Source of the DNA: Microbotryum violaceum
Lineage: Eukaryota
Assembly: GCA_001244265.2 (NCBI GenBank)
Contig: CDLV01000005.1
Span: 2,480,001 to 2,544,000, forward strand
Direction: 5' to 3'
Length of the DNA: 64,000 nucleotides
Shown: positions 13,602-25,500 of the stretch, in pieces
How the letters are laid out: every line of letters starts with the position of its first letter
How positions within the stretch are numbered: the first letter of the stretch is position 1
Translations under genes and position numbers: made by a program
The notes under the pieces: generated by a model
The model's database searches: none
Seen by the model: only the letters and a program-made list of their open reading frames with translations
What the model was told of the DNA's origin: nothing

Positions 13602-14158
13602 CCTGGCGACCTTGGGACCGGGGCATAGTAGCGAAGGTTTGTTCCTGAATGAGTGTCAGTAAAATTGGATGAGAGTGGGAGGGAGAAAGGAAAGGTTCGA
13701 GGGAGTGGCGCAGGATTATTTACGTGGTTTGATTTGTTGTTCAGCCCCTAATGCCGCTGGTCGAATGCCATACGGGCAAATTGGTTGTTCAGCCCCTAAT
13801 GGCGCTGGTCGACTGCCGGAATGACACTCCACCGCCGGCGCACCGCATCACGTGACAAACGCCAGCCCTCGCCTCGCACGTCAGGCAGAGCTCTGCTGTA
13901 GAAGCAATATCATGCAAAGCCACGCGCTTGCGGTTCATTAAATGCAATATGAGTGGAAGCATTGTTTTATGTGAGCGAAAAAAAGAAGGAAAATACTGGG
14001 AGCGCTGTAGCCTCGTTGGAACGGCGCGGAAAATACAAAAGTCACCACAGCGCTTGTACATGACTTCTGATCGGAACATGGACACCACAGGCAGGTGCGG
14101 CAGACACAACAGTATGCTGGTACATCCACCACAGGCGGCCCGGAGGGCCGCAACCCAG
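13602..14158 (+). mobile_element. Possible non-autonomous Helitron-like piece (plus strand)
   Basis: Hairpin GCGGCCC-GGA-GGGCCGC (14135-14151) followed by CCAG|T (14155-14159); internal ~35-bp imperfect direct repeat (GTTGTTCAGCCCCTAATG.CGCTGGTCGA) at ~13735 and ~13784. Confidence 0.4.
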
Positions 14159-14585
14159 TTAAAAACAGCGATTTTAGGTACATTCCTTAACTCACACTTT
14201 TTTTTTAATAGTTAGGGTAATAGTTAGGGTAATAGGGTAATAATGTGCGAGAAAGAGCAATTCAAAAGTCCATGTCGTAGATAGAGGGGAACCGAGAGAG
14301 TATAGAATGCGATCAGAACTAAAATAGGTCGTAGCGGTAGGAGTAGTATAATGCGAGCGCGTATGAGCAGTTGTCGAAGAAGTGAATCCAGAATGGGAAA
14401 GGGTAAGACTGAGAGTGTGTCGTGAGACGTTTCCAAAGATTAGGCGGAACGGAAGTGATTGCAAAGGGTAGAACAGCGTAAGGGCGATAATGGTGACACA
14501 ACAAATTGGCTTTGCGAATGGGTTGTGCGGCAAGGCGTGCGGCGTCGGAAGAGCGATATTAGGGGAGGGGGAATGGGAGCGTCGA

Positions 14586-15446
14586 TCAGAAAGTCGACCA
14601 GAGGGAATCGAAGCCTCGTGGGCCGAAGCTCGTTTCGCTCGCGACCAGCATTCCTGCCTTAGGGACGCGAACATCGTCTTCTTCTTCTTCTTCTTCTTCG
14701 ATCAACTCCTCATCCGTGATGTCGCCGTCGTCGTCCTCGATGGCGCTGGTGACCGTAGGGAACGGCTGATGGCTCAACAGTGCAGCGCAGCGAAGACTGG
14801 CCGCAGGAGAGACACCTCGCGACTTGTTGTGCGAGCCTGGATTTGAGCTTAGTACAGAAAATGAGTCGTACGAGGTCGGAGGTGTCGAAACGAAGGAAGG
14901 AGGCGTCGACGAGGCCGAGCCCGAGGCCGAACCATGTCGACTCCTTGACAGTCCCGAAGAGGAATCATGCCGCGAGCGAGACCGCGACTTGCTCCTACTC
15001 GAGGTCGAGGTCGGTTGAGCCCATTCGGGCACGTTCGTCGAGTTCGGCGGTGACTGGCTCATGGGCCCCTTAGGCGAGCCCATGAAGGACCGAGTCGAAC
15101 TCGTGGGGGGCGGGGTGAGCAAAGCTTGCGGTACCGAGGCGGGGGCGTTGAAGTAGCACGAGTCGCAGACTCGGCATGACATGGGCTTGCCAAGAAAGGG
15201 TCGCCCATTGGGAGGCGAAGAGGTTGGGGTCGAAGACGAGTTCGAGCTTTCGGACGAGGCCGCGACGGAGAAAGCAGAGGAGTTGCTAGGGTTCGTCGAT
15301 TTCGACGACGACGATGCAGCAAAGGCGAGTGAAGACAGGTCGACATAGGATGATCGCGGAGTCGACTTGGGGGTCGCCCTTGGAGTCGGCGGAGTCGAGA
15401 TATCGTGTTCACCTGGGCTCATGGTAGGGGGCCACAGTGACACCAT
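14586..15446 (-). CDS. Hypothetical Ser/Pro-rich protein (CxxCxxC motif, acidic C-terminus); start uncertain
   Basis: Open frame of ~285 aa with coding-like composition, CRVCDSC and a poly-Glu stretch; no family recognised. Confidence 0.55.
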   Translation of the reverse strand: MVSLWPPTMSPGEHDISTPPTPRATPKSTPRSSYVDLSSLAFAASSSSKSTNPSNSSAFSVAASSESSNSSSTPTSSPPNGRPFLGKPMSCRVCDSCYFNAPASVPQALLTPPPTSSTRSFMGSPKGPMSQSPPNSTNVPEWAQPTSTSSRSKSRSRSRHDSSSGLSRSRHGSASGSASSTPPSFVSTPPTSYDSFSVLSSNPGSHNKSRGVSPAASLRCAALLSHQPFPTVTSAIEDDDGDITDEELIEEEEEEEDDVRVPKAGMLVASETSFGPRGFDSLWSTF

Positions 15447-17041
15447 ACGCGACGAGTGTGACGAGCAATACACTTCCCCGCATTTCCTGTATAGCCGACG
15501 AAGATAAGGTCAGTACAAGGTGAAACCATGACAAGTGAACTCCTATGCGTTTGTGAGGTCACGAGAGTGATCGAGCCCGTCTCCTCTCAGCTCGGTCTCG
15601 CCATCTCCTCTCGTGCACCCATGCGATCGGCTAACGCACCGACAATGATGTCGCCGGTTGATCAGGTCGAAACGCAACGAGCAGTCACTTGCTGCACAAA
15701 TCAATGCCTCCTCGTCGGGCTGTGAACGGTTTGGAATCGGAGCATTTGATGGAGGTCAGCAAGCGGAGCGAATTTGCAAAGGGGGGAAGGCGAGATCGCG
15801 GCCTGAGTTGCCAGCCAATCGGTGATTGACGGTATGTGTCGGCCCAAGCGGCGTGCGCACCGCATGCCACTGGCACGCGAGTTGCTCGCAGTCGCGCGCC
15901 ACTCCGCCCCCACCAGGCGCTTGCGCAAGCGCGGATCGGTCTCTCGCGCTCGGCGCACACATATCGCCCGGGCGGAGATGCTGGGCACCAGAGTATCCAG
16001 AACGGTGTGGAACGAAGTGACGCACCCTCCATGCCGAGCGTGGCAATGCTACACCAGCAGCAACGCTCGAGTCCCCAGACTTGTAGTGGTTTACATCTGA
16101 AGCCCAGGGGAGTACACCGAGCCATGACTGGGGCGAGATTGCCTTAATGGACGTCTGCGACAGTTCGGCGGCCAGAGCATGTGGTGATACGGGCGGTGAG
16201 ACAGGCATGGCCGACACGGGGGTTTGCGAGCCGTTGCGTCGGAGCGCCGCGGGTCGGTACAGTGGCTGGCATCGCGTATTGCGCGGTGCAAAGGAGAGTT
16301 GGCACGAAGTGTCGACCTTGGGTGTGGTCGTATGCAACGTGCTGCGTTGGTTGCGCTGGGTGTATGCCGTCGTCGACATGGCGCACGGACGATCGCTTGT
16401 CGTCGGCCCAACACCGATTCGATGGGACACCCGGACGGTGGATGAGTAATGTAGGTCGACACTGGGTGAGAGAGGTACGTAGTTCACAACGGAGGTGTCG
16501 AACAGATACCGGTGAGAGGGGTGAAGAGACTAGTGTGTACGAGTAGTGATGGCAGGCGAGGCGGAACTGTTCAGCAAGCCATGGCTGTATGCTTCCTGGG
16601 GCTTAAGAGGATGATAGCAAAAGGAGAGCCTGGTGCTAGCAGCACAGGGGAAGGCACTCGGCAGGACCCCCGAAAGCCCAGCCATAGGCGGCCCTCCAAA
16701 AACGGCCCTTTTCCGAGGCAAAATGCCCAAAACTTTTCCCGGATTCTGACTGAAAATGTCTAAATATGAACGCCGCCTAGTGTTGAATAATTTCTCAAAA
16801 CTACCCTACAAGCTGTACAATGCTCATAAATTTTTCTGCGCGTAACCGCGCGCACCAAGCACCCAGGGCCCAGAGCCCAGAGGCCCAGAGCGCCGCCAGC
16901 GCGACCGCCAACGGGCCTTTTTCAAAATGAGATGGACTCGAATAGGATCTCATCTTTGTCTATTCATCTAAATGACACTATAATCTACATCTACCTAAAA
17001 GAATGTACGACAAAATACGGTTCTCTGCCGCGCGCTGAATC

Positions 17042-17375
17042 CTAATACCTGGAAATCCCTGAAAAAGTCGGAGACTTAAGCACACTGGCTAGGCCAGTAG
17101 GACTCATTGACCCTGAATTATCCACCAAATCCCCCTTGGGTGATTCACAGAGACACAAGGCGAGATTTGGACTCCTGAATTGACGCCCGGAGCTCTTCGA
17201 CTGCCATTTCGGTGATCGGTTCCAAAGAATCCGAGGAGAAATGGTGCCGGCGAACCCTGTGAATCTATCGACCAACTAGGAAAAGAAAGATATATCTCGG
17301 CGAGAGAGCTTCCAGATCGAAAGAAAGAAGAGGAGACGAAGCTCGACAAGTCGGCGTTCCGAGCGAGAGACGATC
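17042..17375 (-). mobile_element. Degenerate 3'-end remnant of the LINE family found at 48318-53130
   Basis: Aligns by eye with 48366-48665 (taatacct.gaaatc..gaaaagtcggag; gtaggactcattgaccctgaa; tttcggtgatcggt.ccaaa; agagcttccagatcga; cgacaagtcg.cgttccgag). Confidence 0.8.
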
Positions 17376-17419
17376 AAAAAACGATAAACGATCGCAAATG
17401 CATGTGTGGTCCCGTGAAG

Positions 17420-17616
17420 GCCAGCCCCTTCACAACTGGACTACACACCAAGTTACCTTGCGCCTTAAATGGCTCCCTTCTGATTCCGCATCCATTGAAA
17501 TTGTTTGCTTTTTTGACTGTGTAGTCCAGCTGTGAGGGGCTGGCAAAAAAAAACTAACAATCTCAATCGATGCTGATTGAAGCCAGAAGGGAGCCGTTCA
17601 CGGTGCAAGGTAACTT
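17420..17616. repeat. Two interleaved imperfect inverted-repeat pairs (A-B-A'-B')
   Basis: A 17420-17447 is the reverse complement of A' 17518-17544; B 17450-17514 is the reverse complement of B' 17545-17616, with mismatches. Confidence 0.8.
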
Positions 17617-19534
17617 TGGTCCTTGCAGACAGACGTCGATAGACGTCAAGTTATGCCCTACGGGATAAGTTTTGTGTAGTTCGGAGTTCGGTGGTCGGCC
17701 AAGTCTCAGACCAATACCTAAGCACCGACCGATTGGTTTTAGGGGCTTGCGTCGTGTGGCACCACCTGATTAGACCCTATGGGCTACCGGACTGCGTGCA
17801 CTAGGTAGGTAAGGTGCCTATGTAATAATTCGAAGCAGGCAACACGATTCCGAGAGCTCGCTCCGACTTGCGACTCGCTAGCAACGCCAGCCTATGCGCT
17901 GCTCGGGAAGCTCGCCGAGCGCCGAGTTCTCGTCAGGTCTCGATCGTGTGCAGGGCGTAGTTAGAGCAGGCCCTTTTTTGGTGGCTTGGCTTCATACCTA
18001 CCTCGCAAAGCATGGATTTACTAATCGAGGTATCTATTCAGGACCCTCGACTGTACCTAGGTAGTGCTAAGTACCTACTGCGCTGGCTGTTCACTCGACA
18101 TTCGTCGTTTGAGTATAGGGCCCCACTCTCACAGATCTCACGATCTCACGCGCGGAAGCGCACCGCAACCAAGCTGGGGGCTCGAAGTCCATCCCGCAGA
18201 CTCGGTGATCTTTTCCTGCTTTGAAAAGCTCACGCACACAACCTCTTCAAGTTAATGGCCGGCGGTTGTTAGCTGCCCAGATATGCACCAGCAGCTGGGC
18301 AGGTACCTGCCCTTATTTTCACGGCCAGAAGGCACCTGCACATGCCTGCTGGTCGATGAGTAATCGTTCCCGTGCTCGCCCTGCAGCTGTGGCCGAATCG
18401 ACCGTCGTCAGGCGTCAGGCGTTAGGCCGCTCCCAGGTCGCTTCTTGTCGGGTTGCTTTGGCTACCACCGTCCGCCATGAGCGCTCGAGCACATGCCAAT
18501 GTGTAGTAAATAACGAGCTTGGTCCTCACCTAATTAGAGCCTCACAGTAAATTACGCAGCTCCAGTTAGTCGAACTAACCCTTCATGCGGTGTGAGCTTA
18601 CTACTACCCGCAGGCGCCACAGGTCCAGCTCGGGAACCCGCTCGGAAGCAGCTTTGTAGTCATAATGACGTGAGCCCGATACGGCCTCCCGACCCTGATT
18701 CGGGGTCTCTGGATCATGCCATCAGGGAGTGCGTATAGCGAGCCTTAGAGCTGTGCCTCCCTCGCATGCCCGGGCGAACTTTCAAACCAGCGGAGCGGCG
18801 CCCCTATCAGACGGCTAAACCTCGCGCTCTGGCACGCGCACTGGTAGCCAACCGCCGCCGCCGGCCTAGTTGAATTGAGTTCGATCCGCTAGGTAATATG
18901 ACATCATCGTGCTGACCCCACTCCACGATACGTTGCAAAGGTTGAGCATAGACGCGGAGGCACTATAAAATTGATGTTTCATACGCCGTTGTCGCTCGGA
19001 AGTTGTTGAACACAGGCTGCAAAGGTACGTTCAGGACTGACGACCCCATCGTTGGAGCTGGTGGTGATTATTTGGACGTCTTTGCGATATGATGTGCTGC
19101 ACCCCCGTCTTGTATTCGCATTACCGCCCACAGCCGGTGTGCTGACAGCGCCAGCAGCGCCAGCAGCGCCAGCTGAGCCCGGAGCATGTAGGTGGTCTTA
19201 GGTGGTCATAGCGGGGAAACCAAGGTTTACCCAAAGGGCACCGGCCGTGGGGGTTGGAAGCTCCCCTCAGCCTGGCACGCCGCACCTGCGCTACACATCA
19301 AGGCGTGTCTCTGGACTCTGAACCAGAGTCACACTCCCTTACCTTTCAATTCAAAGAGTCGATCAACTGCTGCAAGAACTTCGGGTGCAGCCGTCTGGTG
19401 AGGGGGGGCTTCTTTCGCATTCCACCGCCGGGCGATCGTGATCGCATTAGTCGGTTACACGAGCGATCCAACGTTGCAGTTCCGACCATCAGTATAGCAT
19501 CTACGGGGATTAGCTGGTCCTATCTTGGAAAAGG

Positions 19535-22500
19535 AGTGAGTTATGGACTCGATGCTGCTGACAGTAGTGGAATGCAAGCACGTTTGCCCTAAGGCTAATG
19601 ATGCTGACTACGCTCGACGACCCCCTTTGCTACCACTGGCTCACTCGCCCCTCACGCCCCGCCACCCCCCGAAAATTACCATGCCCGCCTTCGAAACGTG
19701 GGCCACATCATCATCAGTGCGCATCAAACGAGCACCGAGGCGACATGGGTCAATCAATCCAGGCATCGCCGCGTTTGTGCTGCGCCTGTCGAACGAGCAA
19801 TCGACCACGCCGCAAGACTGGCCCGAAATGCTGCTACCGATCGTTCAAGCCGGCTGGACATGGCCCCGAACGGACCTGCAGCACTGGATCGTACCGCTCA
19901 ACCGATTTGACCAGGCTCTTGAGAAGCTCGTCGCCGACTATCGCCTCGACTCGATGGAGCACCCACAGCTCAAGCCGTTCGACGGCCCGACCAAGAAGAT
20001 TGTGCTCGCCATCCTCGCCTTTATCAAGGTGTTGCTAGAGAACTCGACCAATCGCAAGATCTTTTCGAGCTTTGATGTGAGTCAATCGCACCACAGTTTT
20101 GGCGCTGCCTCTCGACGCGCCCCTGTCGAGCTAACGTCTTCCTCGTCTTTTCCTTCCTCGTCCCGCAGCGCCTCAATGACCTGCTGCACACGACCGACCT
20201 TGAAGTCTTGCTTGCCACACTGAGACTCGCTTTGAGACCCGCCCAGCAATTCTCGAGCACGAACACGGGCATGACCTCGTTCGCCATCTCTGAGAAGCGG
20301 CTGCTCAACCTCGCCCAGGGGTGGGGCACGCGCGAGCACGCCCTGGAGATGGTCGATCTAGCAGCAGACGACGTCGAGATCCCACCCGAACTAGACGAGG
20401 TCGAGTGGCAGTTCTACAAGAAGGCCTTGGCGACCGCGCCGCTTCCATCCAATCTGTCGTCTTCGACGCCAGCGACCGGGGTCTTGCGCAAGGACGTCGA
20501 CGACAAGGGCAAGGGCAAGGAGTCTAAATCGAGCGATACGATGGATGTCGAGGATGATCGTCGATCTGGCACTTCTGCGGGTCCGTCTTTGAACGTTCAC
20601 TCGACCCCTGCCCCCAAGCGCCAGTCTTCCTTTCATAACTCGCTCCTGTCAACGCCCCTGCCCTCGATGCCGGGCCAGGGCCCTTCTTCTTCGAACGCGC
20701 CAGCTCTCCAAGAAGGTCTAACTACGATTCATCTCGGCAATGTGAGCTTGTCCACTAAGTCCGCAGTCGAACTGTTCGTCGAGGCGTGCGAAAAGTACGG
20801 CGTCCCCGATTCAAGCCGGCTCGAACTGCTGCAAAAAATTCGCATCGCCCAATCGATGCGATCGACGACCGAGCGGAGGACGTTGTTGCTCATTCGCTTG
20901 CTCGCGATGACGATCTTTGCGCACACCACGACCGAAGCTCATATGCAGACTCGCCTGTTCCTCTACGAACCCGACCTCATCGCACACCTAGCCGAACTTG
21001 TGCACCCGGACCGAGCGGTCCCGATCGAGATCCAGGCTGCCTCGTTCTACGCGCTCGAGGCCCTGGCCCACTTCAAGACCAAGCTCGGCGAAGTTGCCAG
21101 CGCGCTCAATGCCAGTGTCAGCCACGGTATATTGTTGCACGTGTTCCGACGCACCGTGTCCGACTTTGACAGCGACAATGCCGTGACGACACACGAGTTC
21201 GTCGATTCGCTCTTCACGTTGCTCGTCTTTTTCCAGACGAACGCTTTTGTAGGCAACCAAATCGTCGCGGCGGGGATTGTACCGATGCTCGTGGACCTCA
21301 TCAAGAACACGCGTAGAGATCGCGTTTGGATCGTCACCAAGGCCGTGTTGTTCCTCGACAGTCTCATGTACGGCTACCAGAGCGCCTTCACGCTCTTTAT
21401 CTCCAGCGGCGGTTTGCCCATCTTCGTGGACCGCATCAAGCAAGAGATCGATCGATGTCTTGAAGAGCATTGCGGCAAGACGGTCGCCGAGGAGGATGCC
21501 CTCCCTATTGGAATGCTCTCTTTCGACGAAGCGTCACTGCTCAAGGGTTTGCTGCGATCTATTCAGCGCCTGATGCAGACTTCGGGCATGACCGAGGGTT
21601 TGCGCAACTTAATCGACACTTCTTTGCTGGCTGCGGTCAAGACGATCCTGCAAAACCGGCCCATTTTCGGAGCTCAGGTCTTCGCACTCGCGATCAACAT
21701 CACCGCGACATTCGTGCACAATGAGCCGACATGTCTCGCGACCATCCAGGAGGCCAAGGTTCCAGAAGCTTTATACGACGCGATTGGGGAGTCAATCCCG
21801 GCCTCGATCGATGTTCTGCAGGCCATCCCCAACGCCGTCGGCGCCTTGTGCCTCAACGCAGCAGGTCTGGCGCTGTTCAACGAGCGCCCCATTATCGCCA
21901 AGTACTTCAGCATCTTCACGAGCGAGCGCCATGTTCGAGCATTGACGGAAAGGGACAACGGGAACTTGCTCGGCACCTCAATTGACGAGCTGATCCGTCA
22001 TCATCCTACGCTCAAGGACAAGGTGTTTGAGTCGATCATGCAGTCGCTCAAGGACATTCGCGACAACGCGCGAGCCTACAAGCCCGACTCACCTGATGGC
22101 TATCTCTTGCAAGTCGTGCGCGAGGAAGCCGCCGCTTCGACTTCGACTTTGGCTGCAGAAGGTGCGGCGTTGACATCTTCGGCCGCAGCCCCGCCAGTCA
22201 CCGCCATCGCCACCACCTCGACAACGGGCGACGTCGAGATGCAAGACGCTACTGCGGCCAAACCAACCCCGCCACCGTCCGAGGGCAAGGACAATGCTCA
22301 CTTGCAAGCGATTGATGCGTTTGGGAGGGTAAGTCACAGCAGTGGACACTCGTCGAGATGGGGATCGAGTACGAACTTGAAGCTAACCCTTAATCGCGAT
22401 GACGATGCTTGCAGTTCCTCGAAGGCTTATTCCAGCACATGGCGCACGGCAAAGACTTTGCCCAACACGAGCCATACGACCTCCTGCTCGATCTCCTCGA

Positions 22501-25500
22501 CCTACCGAGCATGCCAAGCTACGCCCCTGGTACAGGCGCTTTCAGTTCCATCTCTGCCATTTTCCGCATGTTGTCCGAGTTCAAGGGCGTCGAAGCTGTC
22601 TCGGCCATCCTCAAGAGAACCAAGGCGTGCCTTGAACAGACCGAGTGGCTCACGTCCACATATTCCGGGGATAGCAAGCTCAGCTCGATGATCTCGCCGA
22701 GTGAGTTCGAGCCGGTTTCATCTTGTCATTTGATGCACGTAACTGACTCGAGTTCGATGTGAGCTTTTGTTCAACAGCCGACACCACGATTGACGCCGAG
22801 AATGAGCGATTCCGTCAGCTCTGCACCTTGCTCTCGCATATCACGCTGCTCTCAGATACGTACAGCTCGCTCTCGTACACGCATGGACGGCTCGCTACGT
22901 CGATGCTCTCCGTCTTGACCACACCGGAGAATGCCATCGTGCTTAAGCAGCTCTCGGTCGTCCTCGCGGCGACCCAGCGCGAAGGGTGGTATTTGCAGGG
23001 TGTGCTGCCTGAGGCGACGGACCCAGATCATGCCGTTCGCCAGACATTACACAAGGCGCCGATCGTGACGCCTCCAGTCGGGCAGTTGGGCACCGAACAG
23101 GCATCGCAAGCAGTACTGGCAACGCATACGTCGACCGCGTTACCGTCCAACGCACCCAACGTGCGCGCTCTCAAGGAAGTCATTCTCGCGGTGCCTCAAA
23201 GCGTGCAGGTGACCCTTCAGTGCATTATCAAGCTGCTTGTTCATCGCAGAAGTAACGATACAGCCCATCGAGCCGCCTCCAAGCACGTCGCCACGACCAT
23301 CGCGCACAATTTGACCGACCTATTGCAATGGCCCGGCTCGAGTGCCTTGTCGAGCGACATCGCCTACGCGACCAACCTGTTCCGTGATGTGACCGCATTT
23401 CTCTTCGATCGTAAGTATGAAGGCATCAGCGCATTGCTAGATTACTCTACGTGGGAACTGACTCGAGTTGCCGCGCCGATATTTTTTTGCAGCTGATCGC
23501 CCCGTCCAGTCGGGCTTGCAAACGCTCTTGGCTGCGACCTTCGTCAAAGTAGGCGGACTCGACGCCTATCTTGCCCTGTTCGACAAGCTCCAGGACGTCG
23601 TCTCCGAAGACGCCAGCGGCGGGTTTGGAGATTTGCTCACAACGTTTGGCGCGCTCAAGATCGCTCTCGAGACGTTGAACCGCCTCACCTCGCACCGCAT
23701 GATCCTCGAGTCGTCGCAAACGGCCCAACTGCTCACCCGAGAACGCGATCGATCCAGCCCTGACTACTTCGACCCCCACGCATTCCTCGTGCACTTGCGT
23801 GCGACCATCCTGCCTCACATCCTGCAGGTGTGGAACAAGCCGTGGCTTCGTCGGTGCCCACCGAATGTCGTTCGTAGCATCGTCGGTACGCTCGTGGGTA
23901 TTCTTAAGGCTCAGGGCGAAACGGCCGTTGATCCTGCCAGCACCGGTCAGACCCCACTTGGCCGTGTCAACGACACCGAGGATCGGGATCGAGCAAGCGC
24001 TGCACTGGATCGGCTCAGCGTGCTCGGTGGCTTGCTTAATCGCGACCGGGCCGCCGCCGCTGCACAACAAGGTCCGCTCGCCGTAGATCAGACCCGAGTC
24101 GCGCAGCTCGTCGACATGGGGTTCCCTCGATCGGCGGTTGAGCTCGCTCTGCAACGGTGTCGCAACAATGTCGGGTTCGCGACAGAGTACCTCCTTCAGC
24201 ACCCTGATCTTGTCGGTGCCGCTCGAGCTCGCGAAGCAGCCGAACCTCAGGCAGCCGCCAACGAAGCCGAAGCTCCCGCCAACCCCCCTGAGAATCAGGC
24301 CCAAGCCCAAGACGGTGACGCCGCAGGCCCCGATGCGCCGGCACCGGAAGCGGGCAACCCACCTGCTCCGGGGGCCGCTAATGGCGACGTCGAGCTCGAA
24401 ATTGACATCGTCGTTGGCGAAGATGCGTCTATGGACGAGATCGTCGCTGCCGTCGAGCAAGAACTTGCGACCACCCCTGTCGTCCCTCCCCCGACGACCG
24501 AGATGATTGAGACGCGTTCGCGTGAGCAGATCGACGAAGAGAACAAGGCGACTCAGGCTCAACTCGACGAGATGCGGAATCAGTTGAAGCCCGAGTTTTT
24601 GGCGAAGGCGCTGGTGCTCGCCGAGGACTTTGGAGATCTCGTCTTCGATATAAAGAGCGCGCTCACGCTCCTCGAGATTGGGCCTATCAGCCTAAAGCCA
24701 TTGCTCGAAGGCCTCGAAGATGTCACTTTCGCCGCTGAGGACAACGACGTGCGAAAGGCGCAGGACAACGCCGCTGCGGTACGGTGGCGCGTCATTGCTC
24801 TCGTACTTGTCGATCAGTCGCTTCGCCAGATCATTGACCCGAACGTCGACGCCATTGTTGCGGCCTCGTCGAGCTTCCAGCGCGAGTACGTGCTTCGCTC
24901 CGCGGATAAGGACTCGCGTCCCAAGTGGCTCGCTTCCGTCATGCTAGTCGCCGATTCCGTCTTCTCGATCGGGGAGGCCGTTACTCGAACAACGGTGGCT
25001 CCCCCTGGCGAGGAGTCTTCCGTTCCGACGCTCACGACACTGGGATCGAACTGGGCCACAGAACGGAGCGGATGGCTTGACTTGGCGATGGATGTGCTCA
25101 AGAAGGGCATCTCAGATCGCGAAACGTTCGTGTCGACGGTGCGCCTGCTGATGGTTCTCACTCGCGATCATGGCCATGCCGCTCGTTTCGTCGCCGAGCA
25201 GGGTCTCGAGCCCTTGTTGGCCGCGTTCGCCGTCGAGAGACCCGAGACAGCTGCTTGTCGCGCCTACGTGACAATCATCCTGAGGCACGTCGTCGAGGAC
25301 GCATCGATCCTCCTGCCGATCATGGAGTCCGAGATCAATGCGTGGTTCTCTTCCTCGCGATCCAAGAACGTCGAGCTGGCCATCTTTTTGCGCGGCTTGA
25401 CGACGATTGCGTTCCGCAATGTGACAACCTTCATCGAAGCGGTCAAGACGACGTGCAAGCTCATACCAAGAGTCGAAAGCTCACACGGCTACCTGATTGG

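Noticed and set aside
15500-16760. Overlapping 100-240 aa ORFs upstream of the Ser-rich gene
   Set aside because: GC-rich promoter or UTR-like sequence; ORFs lack coding-like composition.
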